Positions 16,376 to 26,002 of a DNA stretch of 64,000 nt are shown here, in pieces. The stretch covers positions 1,235-65,234 of the forward strand of contig PKTK01000002.1 in the NCBI GenBank assembly GCA_002869165.1, in the 5' to 3' direction. This DNA is from Candidatus Parcubacteria bacterium. GTDB taxonomy: Bacteria > Patescibacteriota > Patescibacteriia > Patescibacteriales > UBA12075. The translations under genes were made by a program, and so were the position numbers. Position 1 is the first letter of the stretch, and the number at the start of each line of letters is the position of its first letter. The notes beneath the pieces are model-generated. The model made no database searches. It saw only the letters and a list, made by a program, of their open reading frames with translations, and was not told the origin of the DNA.

Positions 16376-16760
16376 TTATTGCTAAACTAACAAGATGGTT
16401 AAAAACATACTCCAGTTTATTCTTGTACTTATAGCTTAATAGAGAATGGCAAAAAAAAGTCCAGATCTCTCGTTCCTTTGTTCCTTGCACGAAATAATCA
16501 TAAGGAGCGTGTTTAATTTTTAAAAAGTATAACTCTTCTTCTGGTAGAGAAGTATTAACAATGATAACGCCCTTGGTAGACTCTAGTTCTTTTTTTGATA
16601 AACACGGAAAATCAATATTTAAATTTTGAAAGGTTTTTTCTATTTTTTTCTTTTCCGCTTTATCAATTATTTTTTCTTCTAATAATTTTTTTAAAATTAT
16701 TTTTAAACTTAGACTTTTTAAAAGAGCTGGCTTTTTGTGTCCTGAAACACATGATTGCAT
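16362..16760 (-). CDS. hypothetical protein
   Basis: 132-aa ORF with a strong SD (AAAGGAGGTAAAAATTA-ATG). I recognise no family. Confidence 0.6.
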   Translation of the reverse strand: MQSCVSGHKKPALLKSLSLKIILKKLLEEKIIDKAEKKKIEKTFQNLNIDFPCLSKKELESTKGVIIVNTSLPEEELYFLKIKHAPYDYFVQGTKEREIWTFFCHSLLSYKYKNKLEYVFNHLVSLAINKKA

Positions 16761-16835
16761 TAATTTTTACCTCCTTTTATTTAATAAAATACTCTAACAA
16801 TTTATTAATATTTTGTCAAGGCCTATTTTCCCATA

Positions 16836-16873
16836 TAAAAACAGCCCCTGTTTTAAACAGAGGCTGTTTTTTG
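16836..16873. terminator. terminator after the M20 peptidase gene
   Basis: acagcc...ggctgt stem flanked by A and T runs. Confidence 0.55.
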
Positions 16874-17077
16874 TTTTTCCTTAATGAGTTCTAACTTGCT
16901 AAATCGTTAAAACACCACTATGATTTATCTTCAGATGAAAATAAATCAACAATACTGTTTTATTAAAAAAATCGGTCCTAAACATTATGTATTAATTATA
17001 TACATTTTTTTTGATTTTGACAAGTATTTTTTAGATATTTTTAATTTTTAATTTTTTTATTTAAAATTAGACAAAAA

Positions 17078-18160
17078 TTAAGTACAAATTTCCACCAAAA
17101 AGCTTATCATTTTTTGCATATGTGTAATTTTTATACTTTCTCTTATGCTATGTGGATTACTTCCCCCCTTGGAAATCACCACACTATTTAGGCCTTTTTT
17201 ATTAAAAATATTAGCATCACTAGCTGCATTATCAATAAATTTACTATTTATCCCAAGTTCTTTATTTACTAGCACTATTTCTTTGATAAGTGAATTAGTA
17301 CGTAAATGACGATAACCAGGACATTTCAAACTAGACTTAAAATAATACCTGGCTTTATGTTTTCTAGAAGATTTTTTAAAAGCTTTAGAGACTAAATCAA
17401 TTTGTCTTAAAGCACTATCCTGATTATATGCTCTAACTTCGCCTTTTATATAAACTTCTTCCGGAACCGTATTTATCCCAATACCTCCTTTTATTTCACC
17501 AATATTTAAAGTAGTTGTTTTATTGATTCTGCCTATTTTTAATTCACTTATAGCATCTCCTGTTACCTTGATAGCATTAACTCCTTTTTCTGGCACATCT
17601 CCTGCATGAGCAGATTTGCCTTTTATTTTGATTTCAAAATTATAAATAAAAGGAGACTTCATGATAATAGCTCCAGGAGGCATAGAATGATCCAAAACTA
17701 TTACATCTTTTGATCTAATCTTCTTATAGTTTAAATTAATTGAACCAGCAAAATACTTTTCTTCCCCACAAGTAAAGATAAGCTCAATTGGCCTATGTTT
17801 GATATTTTTAATCTTTAAATATTTTACAGCTTCAAGTATTTCAGTAATTGACGCCTTATCATCAGCACCAAGAATTGTTTCGCCCTTTGATCTAACAATA
17901 TCATTCTTCACTACTGGTTCTATTCCTCTTCCTGGCTCAACCGTGTCCATGTGAGCACAAAGTGCTAAAAACTCTCCATACCCATCCAATCTAGCAATGA
18001 CATTACCAAATTTATCTTGGCTTGCATCAACACCAATCCTTTTGAGATATCTCTTGATATAAAAAGCAACCTTAGTCTCTTCCCCGGAAACTGAGTCGAT
18101 TTTTATGAGATCAAAAAATGTGTCTTTTATTTGTTTTTTACTAGTCATATTTTTTCTCAT
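17078..18160 (-). CDS. M20-family metallopeptidase (PepT / tripeptidase-like)
   Basis: IDSVSGEE, CAHMDTV, GADDKA and TCGEE metal/catalytic blocks. Start is ambiguous (Met at 18196, 18160 or 18148). Confidence 0.8.
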   Translation of the reverse strand: MRKNMTSKKQIKDTFFDLIKIDSVSGEETKVAFYIKRYLKRIGVDASQDKFGNVIARLDGYGEFLALCAHMDTVEPGRGIEPVVKNDIVRSKGETILGADDKASITEILEAVKYLKIKNIKHRPIELIFTCGEEKYFAGSINLNYKKIRSKDVIVLDHSMPPGAIIMKSPFIYNFEIKIKGKSAHAGDVPEKGVNAIKVTGDAISELKIGRINKTTTLNIGEIKGGIGINTVPEEVYIKGEVRAYNQDSALRQIDLVSKAFKKSSRKHKARYYFKSSLKCPGYRHLRTNSLIKEIVLVNKELGINSKFIDNAASDANIFNKKGLNSVVISKGGSNPHSIRESIKITHMQKMISFLVEICT

Positions 18161-18248
18161 TAATATAATAATACTACAATTTATAAATATAAACAATAAA
18201 AAAACTCCGATAAAAAATTTACCAGAGTTTTATTTTAGAGAGATTTTT

Positions 18249-18446
18249 TTAATTTACTTCCAATTGAAGAATTGCTTTTGGGTGAGCATAAACCTTGGTC
18301 ATTTCATCAATCCAATTCCTTACTTTTTCCTCACTTACCCCCTCTTTAACAGCACCATCAGGACTTATGGACCCTAAATGAAATCTAAAAAAAGGTTTTT
18401 GTTCATCTCTGGAATATTGATCATAACCCCGTACCCTCATCCTCAT
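18249..18446 (-). CDS. small hypothetical protein (65 aa)
   Basis: Start at MRMRVRGYDQ..., preceded by AAGGAGGAG. Third gene of a tightly packed small-gene trio. Confidence 0.5.
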   Translation of the reverse strand: MRMRVRGYDQYSRDEQKPFFRFHLGSISPDGAVKEGVSEEKVRNWIDEMTKVYAHPKAILQLEVN

Positions 18447-18457
18447 TTCTCTCCTCC

Positions 18458-18691
18458 TTATTTTTTCCTCATTTTCCCTACACTCATGATTATCCCGCTT
18501 GCATGCCAAACCATATTTAACACATCTACAACATCCTCAGCTTCTCTATCTGATATCTCATCACTAAAAATACCATCTTCGTTAAATCTACCTCTTGAAT
18601 AAATCAATAGAACAATTCTTTGTGCATCATTGTGCTTTGAAAAATTTTTTATAAACTTTGTCTTTTGTTTAAAATCACAACTTTTTGTCAT
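18458..18691 (-). CDS. small hypothetical protein (77 aa)
   Basis: ATG at 18691 (MTKSCDFKQ...). Gaps to its neighbours are 11 nt and 21 nt. Confidence 0.45.
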   Translation of the reverse strand: MTKSCDFKQKTKFIKNFSKHNDAQRIVLLIYSRGRFNEDGIFSDEISDREAEDVVDVLNMVWHASGIIMSVGKMRKK

Positions 18692-18712
18692 TTCCAAAAT
18701 TTTTCTCCCTAT

Positions 18713-18883
18713 TTATTTTTTTCTTTTTTCATAGCTAAGCATGCCGCATTCATTACTGCATTTTTTATATATCTCTATATTTCCCTTACTTTCTTCTATT
18801 GTTTCAATAATATATCCTTGGCCACATTTTTTACAAACTCCCATTTTTTTTCTTAGATCACAAAACTCGTATGTTTCAGACAT
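18713..18883 (-). CDS. small zinc-ribbon protein (56 aa)
   Basis: My own translation: MSETYEFCDLRKKMGVCKKCGQGYIIETIEESKGNIEIYKKCSNECGMLSYEKRKK, with two CxxC-like pairs. SD is AGAGGAGAGATAA-ATG. Confidence 0.55.
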   Translation of the reverse strand: MSETYEFCDLRKKMGVCKKCGQGYIIETIEESKGNIEIYKKCSNECGMLSYEKRKK

Positions 18884-19126
18884 TTATCTCTCCTCTCTTT
18901 TCAATGAACAGAATAAAAAACCACTCTTTACACAAGAGCAGTCATCTTTTAATAAATTTGAATAAAACTAATCAAAAGAAGCCTGCTCTTTTAAGAGAAG
19001 CAGGTTGACCAGTAACAAAATTGAACTGAAAAACTTTTGACTATTCATATATAAATTTATTAAATGTTTGATAACCGGAAATTTATTAAAATAAATTTCC
19101 GGTCTTTTGTTTACGGAGAGTTTTAG

Positions 19127-19321
19127 CTAGTCTTGCGGACCGCCTAATTGAAAAGAAAAAAATTTCTTTTCTGCTTTTTTTATTTCAAGAAGCTTAGCCG
19201 CTAATCTCCTTTTCTCGAGTGGACAGGTTGCCTCATTCATTCTGGCAAGCAAACATTCACCATTCTTCACAATTCTGTCAAAACTCTCTACCTTTTCCCA
19301 AGTTCCAGCGCCTCCAACCAT
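19127..19321 (-). CDS. small hypothetical protein (64 aa)
   Basis: Start at MVGGAGTWEKV..., preceded by AAGGGGGAAAGT. A terminator-like hairpin follows at about 18975-19010. Confidence 0.5.
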   Translation of the reverse strand: MVGGAGTWEKVESFDRIVKNGECLLARMNEATCPLEKRRLAAKLLEIKKAEKKFFSFQLGGPQD

Positions 19322-19331
19322 ACTTTCCCCC

Positions 19332-19529
19332 TTAAAAAATGTTTGATTTTGCGATTGCTTTTTCAATACCTTTTTTTGTTGTCTTCAATCCGTATTTATA
19401 TTTTTTATAACCTTCAACGTCGCCAGATGCAATTGCCTTTTTAAGCTTAAACTCCAAGGCATTTTGTTGAATTGCTAAATGCCCCAAAACTCCATCACTT
19501 TCCCTACACAAATGACTACCTAATTCCAT
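19332..19529 (-). CDS. small hypothetical protein (65 aa)
   Basis: The ORF ends 10 nt before the next small gene. No recognisable family. Confidence 0.45.
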   Translation of the reverse strand: MELGSHLCRESDGVLGHLAIQQNALEFKLKKAIASGDVEGYKKYKYGLKTTKKGIEKAIAKSNIF

Positions 19530-19837
19530 TTTCTCTCCATTTTAAATGAACGTTTAAATTAAATAAACCGCCTTTTCCCTGGGCGGTTCTTCTTCTTACT
19601 ATTTTGATTTACCGCCCAATTTTATCCATTCTTAATCAGCACCACGTTAGTCATGCCAAAAATAGAAGATAGAGTTGTCCAATAAATATTTTTCATACTT
19701 ATTTAATATTAAAAAAATTTAATGTTTTTGTCAATGCAATATTTAATAGCTAAAATTAGTAAATATTTTTTTATATTTTTAACTATTATCTAATATTAGC
19801 TAGTTTTCCACAATAATAGAGATAACAGGCAAGATAT

Positions 19838-19864
19838 AAAAAAAGAGGCTTTCGCCTCTTTTTG
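19838..19864 (-). terminator. intrinsic terminator after ndk
   Basis: agaggc-tttc-gcctct stem followed by a T-run on the minus strand. Confidence 0.7.
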
Positions 19865-19903
19865 AAATACTATCACCTATTTTCTGTCATCTACTATTTA
19901 AAA

Positions 19904-20542
19904 CTATTCTTTAATCCCATCCAAATTAACATCATAAAGAATTTTTTCTTGAACGTGATTGTACTTAAGTACTTCATCTTTTTCAAACCAAATTTTAATT
20001 TCCTTTTCTGCTTCATCAACTGCACCAGATGCGTGAATCAAATTTCTAACACTTCTTTGATCAGTATCAGCCAAAGCATATGAATCAAGAGTAAAATCGC
20101 CTCTAATTGTTCCTACGTCAGCTAGAAGTGGCGCAGTTGCTCCAGTAATTTTTCTAACCAATTCTACTGCTGCATGCCCTTCCCAAATCATAGCTACTAC
20201 TGGCCCTGAACTTAAATACTTAGCATTTGACTTTAGAACTGCCCAGCCATTTTCTTTGTTTGTTTTGTATGGACTTTCCTCGCCTTTTTTTTCATATGCA
20301 GCCCGAGCTTTTCTGCCAACTTCCTCGATCCATTCATCTCCCCCAACTTCATAATAATGTTTAGTTGCCATGTCTTCATCTGGCATTACCATTTTCATTG
20401 CTACTAACTTTAGACCAACTCTTTCATATCTACGGATAATTTCACCGATCAATGATCTTTGAACTCCATCAGGTTTCACAATAACCAATGTTTTTTCGTT
20501 TTTCATAAGTAAATTAAAACCATTTGCCTTATATTCAAACAT
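19904..20542 (-). CDS. ndk: nucleoside-diphosphate kinase with an internal insertion
   Basis: KTLVIVKPDGVQRSLIGEII and the active-site region NLIHASG. The likely true start is Met13 (20506, MKNEKTLVIVKPDG). Confidence 0.8.
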   Translation of the reverse strand: MFEYKANGFNLLMKNEKTLVIVKPDGVQRSLIGEIIRRYERVGLKLVAMKMVMPDEDMATKHYYEVGGDEWIEEVGRKARAAYEKKGEESPYKTNKENGWAVLKSNAKYLSSGPVVAMIWEGHAAVELVRKITGATAPLLADVGTIRGDFTLDSYALADTDQRSVRNLIHASGAVDEAEKEIKIWFEKDEVLKYNHVQEKILYDVNLDGIKE

Positions 20543-20570
20543 AAAAACAAATGGAGATTAATAAAATTAA

Positions 20571-20939
20571 TTATTTTAAATATTTTGCTACATGTTCAGA
20601 AACTTTACTTGGGGTAAGGTTGGCCTTTACCAAGTAATCAGTAGCGCCAAATTTCTCTCCCTTTTCTTTATCCTCAGTGGTGCCAAGATTTGTAAGCATA
20701 ATGATTGGTGTTTCCTTAAAAGTGCTTTTTAGTCGTAATTCTTGCAACAAAGCAAAGCCATCCATCATGGGCATCATCACATCCAGAAGTATCAAATCAG
20801 GTTTTTCTATCACAGCTACTTCCAGGCCTTGCCCGCCATTATCTGCTGTAACAACAGCATAACCCTCCTGCTCCAATCTGGTTTTATACATACCAGAAAT
20901 CATTGCATCATCTTCGATTATTAATACTTTTTTTGCCAT
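20571..20939 (-). CDS. stand-alone response-regulator receiver protein (CheY-like)
   Basis: MAKKVLIIEDD, DLILLDVMMPMMDG, PIIMLTNLG and a K in KANLTP. No output domain. Confidence 0.85.
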   Translation of the reverse strand: MAKKVLIIEDDAMISGMYKTRLEQEGYAVVTADNGGQGLEVAVIEKPDLILLDVMMPMMDGFALLQELRLKSTFKETPIIMLTNLGTTEDKEKGEKFGATDYLVKANLTPSKVSEHVAKYLK

Positions 20940-21018
20940 ATTTTTTAGATTAAATATATTAAAACTACTTCTAGTATAGCAAAAAATAACCAAATTTCAA
21001 GACCCGAGTTAAAAATTA

Positions 21019-21900
21019 CTATTTTTCAGTAACCACACTGATATTCTCACCATTACTAGAAAAACTTATTGTTCCCTGTAAATCCGTTCTAAATGTTTCT
21101 ACATTTCCTCTCTCTAATCTAGATATTACAATATTTTTGGGGTGACCAAAATAATTATTAGCCCCTACTGAAATCACGGCATAATCAGCCTGAACTGCGT
21201 CCAAAAATTCGACTGTGTTTGAAGTATCAGAACCATGATGAGGAACTTTTAAAACATCTACATCTAAATTACTATAATTTTCTAAAATAGCTTCTTCTAT
21301 TTCTTCTTCAATATCGCCCGTAAAAAGAAAGGTTGTATCTTTGTAAGCAAGTTTAGCTACAATTGAAGTATTATTAAGATTTGAAGAATCAATATTTTCT
21401 TTTGAAAAAGGGTAAACAATCTCCAAAAACAAATCATCTCCCAAAATTATTTTTTGCGGATGATCAACTATCTCCAAAACAATTTCCTTTTCTTTAATCT
21501 TTTCTAAAAAAGAAATATATTCCGGACTATTATGAATAGCGCCAGTATACAAAACTTGCCCCACCTCATATTCATCCAATATAAAATTAAGTCCACCAAC
21601 ATGATCTGAGTGCGGATGAGTTAAAATGAGCAAATCAATATATTTATCAAATGGAGATATTATTTTCGATAGTTCTTCAAGTATTTTTTCACTCTCTCCT
21701 CCATCAATCAGAATTTCTTGTTTGTCTGGAGTTCTGATTAAACTTGCATCTCCTTGACCAACATCAATAAAATCTACCTCCAACAAACCTGTATCAGCTT
21801 TGGCAAAAAAAGCATAATTTTCAATAGTTCTAAAAACTGCTACTACAAATATTATAATAACAAAAAAAACAAAAGAAACTTTTATGAAATTCTTAAACAT
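21019..21900 (-). CDS. membrane-anchored MBL-fold hydrolase (ComEC C-terminal-domain-like)
   Basis: N-terminal TM helix, ILTHPHSDHVGG and VPHHGS motifs. Confidence 0.75.
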   Translation of the reverse strand: MFKNFIKVSFVFFVIIIFVVAVFRTIENYAFFAKADTGLLEVDFIDVGQGDASLIRTPDKQEILIDGGESEKILEELSKIISPFDKYIDLLILTHPHSDHVGGLNFILDEYEVGQVLYTGAIHNSPEYISFLEKIKEKEIVLEIVDHPQKIILGDDLFLEIVYPFSKENIDSSNLNNTSIVAKLAYKDTTFLFTGDIEEEIEEAILENYSNLDVDVLKVPHHGSDTSNTVEFLDAVQADYAVISVGANNYFGHPKNIVISRLERGNVETFRTDLQGTISFSSNGENISVVTEK

Positions 21901-21906
21901 CTTTTT

Positions 21907-22308
21907 TTATAAAATGTTTTGAGTGTAGTCTCTAAATAAAGTAATAAGATAATCAATGCTAGTAAAAAACACTAATAAAACCCCCAGTCCAACTAAGCCA
22001 GAGATAAAATTTGTTTTATGAACATTGGCTAGGTCACCGTTAGCACTTTCTAATTTATATTTTATTGCTCCGATGAAAATTTTAGAAATAGCAACGATAA
22101 AAGCAATAGAGGCTACAAAATAAATAAACAAAGTCGCCACACTGATCATCATATCCCAGTCAATACTGACAATTGATGTTGGGGCACTACTACGAGAATA
22201 GTCACGCCAAATCTCATCTAAATCAGAAGCATACAAAAAAGAATCTGGGAAAAACAATATTCCCAGAAATATAAATATAATAAAAATTTTTCTTAAATTT
22301 ATTTGCAT
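21907..22308 (-). CDS. small integral membrane protein
   Basis: Signal/TM segment plus two further hydrophobic helices. No family recognised. Confidence 0.5.
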   Translation of the reverse strand: MQINLRKIFIIFIFLGILFFPDSFLYASDLDEIWRDYSRSSAPTSIVSIDWDMMISVATLFIYFVASIAFIVAISKIFIGAIKYKLESANGDLANVHKTNFISGLVGLGVLLVFFTSIDYLITLFRDYTQNIL

Positions 22309-22310
22309 TT

Positions 22311-23336
22311 TTACAATACACCAATCTTTTTCAAAATTAATTCACTACGCTCTTTTTTTAGCTTATCTTCTTGTGCTTGAAGCATAGCTTCTTCAGAATC
22401 CTTGATATATTTATCAATATTTTCATCTAAATTATTATTATTTAATAAATATGCAATCTCTGTGTCATTTATATCATAAGCGCCCTTTCTTAAACCAGAC
22501 ATAATCTCTTTGTTTTGATTTTTTCTTTCTAGTAATAATCTAATTCTTTTCTGGGCCTTGGCTACAGATGCTCTTTTATCAGCAATTTCTAGCCAAATAT
22601 CTTTTAAATCACTTAAAATATTCGAACCAGCTTCTCTACCTACCATGCCTCCAATAGACAATTCTTTTAATACACTTATTGCTTCAGCCATGCTTGCCGT
22701 ACCAACATCCAAATTGACTTCCAGGTCATATTTATTCATGACAGAATGATCGTCTATAGCGTTGATCTCTGATTGAGTTTTCTTTAAAATTTTATTAAAA
22801 TCTTCAAAATCTCCTTTGTATATTGTTGTTACTTCATCTCCACCATGTCGACAAACATTTCTGATATTTGACTTCAATCTATCTGCAATTTTTTTAAGTA
22901 ACTCATCACCACTAGCATGATTTCCTCCTTCATTTGCAATGCTCAAAAATGAGATATCACCCATCATTATATGAATCTTTTCTGTTTCAATATTCTTAGA
23001 CTCGTCAAACAATATCCTTTCTAAATCTTCTCTTGTTTCTATACCGTTTTTTTTAATACCAAAGATTCTTTCAATTTCTTTGTTTGCTATAGAAAAAAGC
23101 TCACCTCTTCTTTTTAGTCCAGTTAATTCATCATATTTAGCTTTATACAATTCTTTTTCTCTGCTTTCGTTAACATATTCTAAATCAATTCCATCAGCAA
23201 TAAAATCTTCCCTAAGCTTATCATATTCCTCTTTACTTAATTTATCTTTTAAGTTCTTGCCTTGTTCTTCATCAAAAAAATTTCCCAATTGTTCTTCGGG
23301 ACTAAAAACTTCCTTGTTGAAATTTTCAATGCTCAT
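22311..23336 (-). CDS. degenerate GGDEF-domain protein (GGDEV)
   Basis: DELTGLKRRGELF, GDISFLSIANEGGNHASGDELL and RHGGDEV follow the order of diguanylate-cyclase motifs. Confidence 0.6.
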   Translation of the reverse strand: MSIENFNKEVFSPEEQLGNFFDEEQGKNLKDKLSKEEYDKLREDFIADGIDLEYVNESREKELYKAKYDELTGLKRRGELFSIANKEIERIFGIKKNGIETREDLERILFDESKNIETEKIHIMMGDISFLSIANEGGNHASGDELLKKIADRLKSNIRNVCRHGGDEVTTIYKGDFEDFNKILKKTQSEINAIDDHSVMNKYDLEVNLDVGTASMAEAISVLKELSIGGMVGREAGSNILSDLKDIWLEIADKRASVAKAQKRIRLLLERKNQNKEIMSGLRKGAYDINDTEIAYLLNNNNLDENIDKYIKDSEEAMLQAQEDKLKKERSELILKKIGVL

Positions 23337-23345
23337 TAACTTATA

Positions 23346-23822
23346 TTATGAATGAATCTTTTGAATAAATTCCTTAATCTGCTCTTCGTATGCTTCTTTC
23401 TTAACCTGTAAGGTAGATAAATGTAAATTAGCCATAGATTTCTTTCCCAATTTCTCCTCCATCATACCAAAAATGTTCTCTTGTTTTGGCGGTTCTGCAC
23501 CTTGGGTAATAATTAATGCAACTTCGCCCATATTTTCTTTTTGTTTTTCAATAAAAGTACTTATTGGCACAGAAGGACGCCAAGCCCAAACAGGTGTAGC
23601 CAAAACACACAAGTCATAATCAGCTGGACTTTTATCAAATTCTTCCAACTCGGTCAAAGCTCCTCTCATAGCATCACTCCCGGCAGTCATATAACCTTTT
23701 ATTCCTGTTCGATTTTTTTTATCTTTAATCTCTAAAATATCAGCTGATAATTTTTCAGCTATTTTTTCTGCAATTTTTTTTGTTGTTTGTGTTCGAGAAT
23801 AGTAAATAATTAAAGTTCTCAT
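23346..23822 (-). CDS. flavodoxin-family protein
   Basis: MRTLIIYYSRTQTTKKIAEKIAEKL, an FMN-binding loop-type N-terminus; about 160 aa. Confidence 0.7.
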   Translation of the reverse strand: MRTLIIYYSRTQTTKKIAEKIAEKLSADILEIKDKKNRTGIKGYMTAGSDAMRGALTELEEFDKSPADYDLCVLATPVWAWRPSVPISTFIEKQKENMGEVALIITQGAEPPKQENIFGMMEEKLGKKSMANLHLSTLQVKKEAYEEQIKEFIQKIHS

Positions 23823-23840
23823 ATAATTAATTTAATAATA

Positions 23841-25634
23841 TTAATCTTTTCTGAACTTCAGTCCCAAATCCTTTAATTGCTTTTCATCTACTTTAGCTGG
23901 ACTATCCATCATCAAGTCCTTGCCTTTACCATCCTTAGGAAAAGCGTAAATATCTCTAATTGATTCGTAATCATTTAAAACCATCAAAATTCTATCAATC
24001 CCTGGAGCATTCCCGCCATGTGGTGGTGCGCCATATTCAAAGGCTCTGATCATAGCGCCAAACTTCTCATCTACTTCTTCTTTTTTATAACCAGCAATCT
24101 CAAAAGCCTTATACATGATACGTGGGTCATGATTTCTGATTGCTCCTGAACTAGCTTCAAAACCGTTAACAACTAGATCAAATTGAAAAGCCTTAATTTC
24201 TAATGGACTTTCAGTCTCCAAAGCTTCTAGGCCTCCTTGAGGCATAGAGAATGGATTGTGCCCAAAGTCAATTCTCCCGTCTTCAATTTCAGAATAATCA
24301 AACATTGGAAAATCAACTATCCAGCACCAAGCAGCTTTAGTAGTATCTTTTAATCCAAGACGGGCGCCACATTCATTTCTAACAGCTCCCAAGGCATCAC
24401 ATACTGTACGCCACTTGTCTGCTCCAAAGAAAATAATATCACCTTTTTCTGCCTTTGTCTCTTTTATTATTTTAGCACATATTTCGTCTCCCAAAAACTT
24501 AACAATTGGAGACTGCAAACTACCGTCATCTTTGAGTACAATATAAGCGAGTCCCTTCGCACCATTTTCAAAAGCCAGATTAGTTAATTCATCTATATCT
24601 TTTCTGGTGAATTTTTCACCACCAGCTACACGCATAGCATGAACTACATGACCTTCTTTTTCTGCCATGTCAGCAAATACTTTAAAACCACTCCCCTTCA
24701 CTAGTTCAGTTACTGAAACTATCTCCATGTCAAAACGCAAATCAGGTTTATCTGTGCCATATTTATTCATTGATTCCAAATATGGAATTTGTTTGAATCG
24801 ACCGTCTTTTTCCAATCCAACTATTTCCTTATCACTCATTTCCTTGGTCAAACCAATCATCAAAGGCTCCATAAGACGAAAAATATCATCTTGCTCCACA
24901 AAGCTCATTTCCATATCCAATTGATAAAATTCTCCGTAATGCCTATCCATTCTTGAATCTTCATCACGAAAACATGGTGCAATCTGAAAATACTTATCCA
25001 TACCACCGACCATCAAAAGTTGTTTGAATTGTTGCGGGGCTTGAGGAAGAGCAAAGAAAGATCCCGGATACATGCGAGAAGGGATTAAAAAGTCTCTAGC
25101 TCCTTCAGGTGAAGAATTTGCTAATATCGGGGTTTGAATTTCTGTAAAATCATTATCATGAAAATATTTTCTCAGATACTTGATCATCTTATCTTTTTGC
25201 TCAAGCATTTTTTGAATTTTTTCTCGACGCAAATCAATAAATCTATATTTTAATCTTATAGTCTCGTTGGCTTCATGAGCTTTTTCTTCGTCAAGTTCAA
25301 AAGGAGGAGTTTTGGATGTATTTAAAACACTGAGTTTGGAAATTTCTACCTCAATTTCTCCTGATTTTAATTTTTTATTCACCATGTCGTCTGGTCTGGC
25401 AATTACTTTACCAGTAACCTGAATAACCCACTCACTTCGCAAAACATCAGCTTGCTTATGAGCTTCTTTGTCCACCTCAGGGTCAAAAGTCACTTGGGTA
25501 AGTCCATACCTATCACGCAGATCAATAAAAATAATCCCTCCATGATCACGCCTACGATGTACCCAACCACACAATGTAACTTCATCACCGATATTAGCTT
25601 TGTTTAATTCGCCATTAGTATGTGTTCTTAACAT
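23841..25634 (-). CDS. aspS: aspartate--tRNA ligase
   Basis: MLRTHTNGEL...GWVHRRRDHGGIIFIDLRDRYG, class II motifs FRDED and GGNAPGIDR. The upstream in-frame Met codons (25652, 25694) lie inside the MITE. Confidence 0.92.
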   Translation of the reverse strand: MLRTHTNGELNKANIGDEVTLCGWVHRRRDHGGIIFIDLRDRYGLTQVTFDPEVDKEAHKQADVLRSEWVIQVTGKVIARPDDMVNKKLKSGEIEVEISKLSVLNTSKTPPFELDEEKAHEANETIRLKYRFIDLRREKIQKMLEQKDKMIKYLRKYFHDNDFTEIQTPILANSSPEGARDFLIPSRMYPGSFFALPQAPQQFKQLLMVGGMDKYFQIAPCFRDEDSRMDRHYGEFYQLDMEMSFVEQDDIFRLMEPLMIGLTKEMSDKEIVGLEKDGRFKQIPYLESMNKYGTDKPDLRFDMEIVSVTELVKGSGFKVFADMAEKEGHVVHAMRVAGGEKFTRKDIDELTNLAFENGAKGLAYIVLKDDGSLQSPIVKFLGDEICAKIIKETKAEKGDIIFFGADKWRTVCDALGAVRNECGARLGLKDTTKAAWCWIVDFPMFDYSEIEDGRIDFGHNPFSMPQGGLEALETESPLEIKAFQFDLVVNGFEASSGAIRNHDPRIMYKAFEIAGYKKEEVDEKFGAMIRAFEYGAPPHGGNAPGIDRILMVLNDYESIRDIYAFPKDGKGKDLMMDSPAKVDEKQLKDLGLKFRKD

Positions 25635-25645
25635 AAAAGATTTTT

Positions 25646-25739
25646 TTGTCATCTCGAACGGAGTGAGAGATCCCTTAAACATGAAATAGTTCACGGCTAA
25701 GGGATTTCTCCTTCCGCTTCGCTACACTCGAAATGACAA
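25646..25739. mobile_element. 94-bp GC-rich MITE-like element (TTGTCAT...ATGACAA) in the aspS leader
   Basis: ttgtcatctcgaacggagtgagagatccc ... gggatttctccttccgcttcgctacactcgaaatgacaa. Same family and relative position as the glyQS copy. Confidence 0.7.
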
Positions 25740-25751
25740 AATTTAATTAAT

Positions 25752-25965
25752 AAAAAAATTCGTCCTAGTTTCAGTATTAATAAATACTGAAACTAGGACG
25801 AATTTTCTTCGCGGTACCACCTAGATTCTCTGTTTTTTAACAAAGCTCTCAAACTGCTATAACGGGCTTACCCGGCAGGTTCTAGTCACTTTTTATTCAA
25901 GCTTTCTTCCTGCTCCTTCCTCAAGTGTTGGCTTGAGTCAAATGGATTTAAATATTTAATTGTAT
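25752..25965 (-). promoter_or_regulatory. T-box riboswitch leader of aspS
   Basis: Minus strand reads AAUCUAGGUGGUACCGCGAAG, a near-consensus T-box. CUAGG can pair with CCUAG of the terminator arm. The terminator has 21-nt arms (25758-25778 / 25784-25804) plus U7. A GAC triplet lies in the candidate specifier region. Confidence 0.85.
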
Positions 25966-26002
25966 TGCTATTATAAATAAAAAAAATCAAAATGTCAATA
26001 AA

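Noticed and set aside
18105-18965. Plus-strand ORFs 18105..18377, 18378..18602, 18665..18856 and 18741..18965
   Set aside because: They are antisense to the minus-strand small-gene cassette, whose members have strong SD sequences. The plus-strand products are Phe/Ile/Ser-rich low-complexity strings.
19622-19696. 24-codon hydrophobic ORF (MKNIYWTTLSSIFGMTNVVLIKNG) as a type I toxin-like peptide
   Set aside because: There is no SD, no identifiable antisense partner and no conservation evidence available. It is too short to support.
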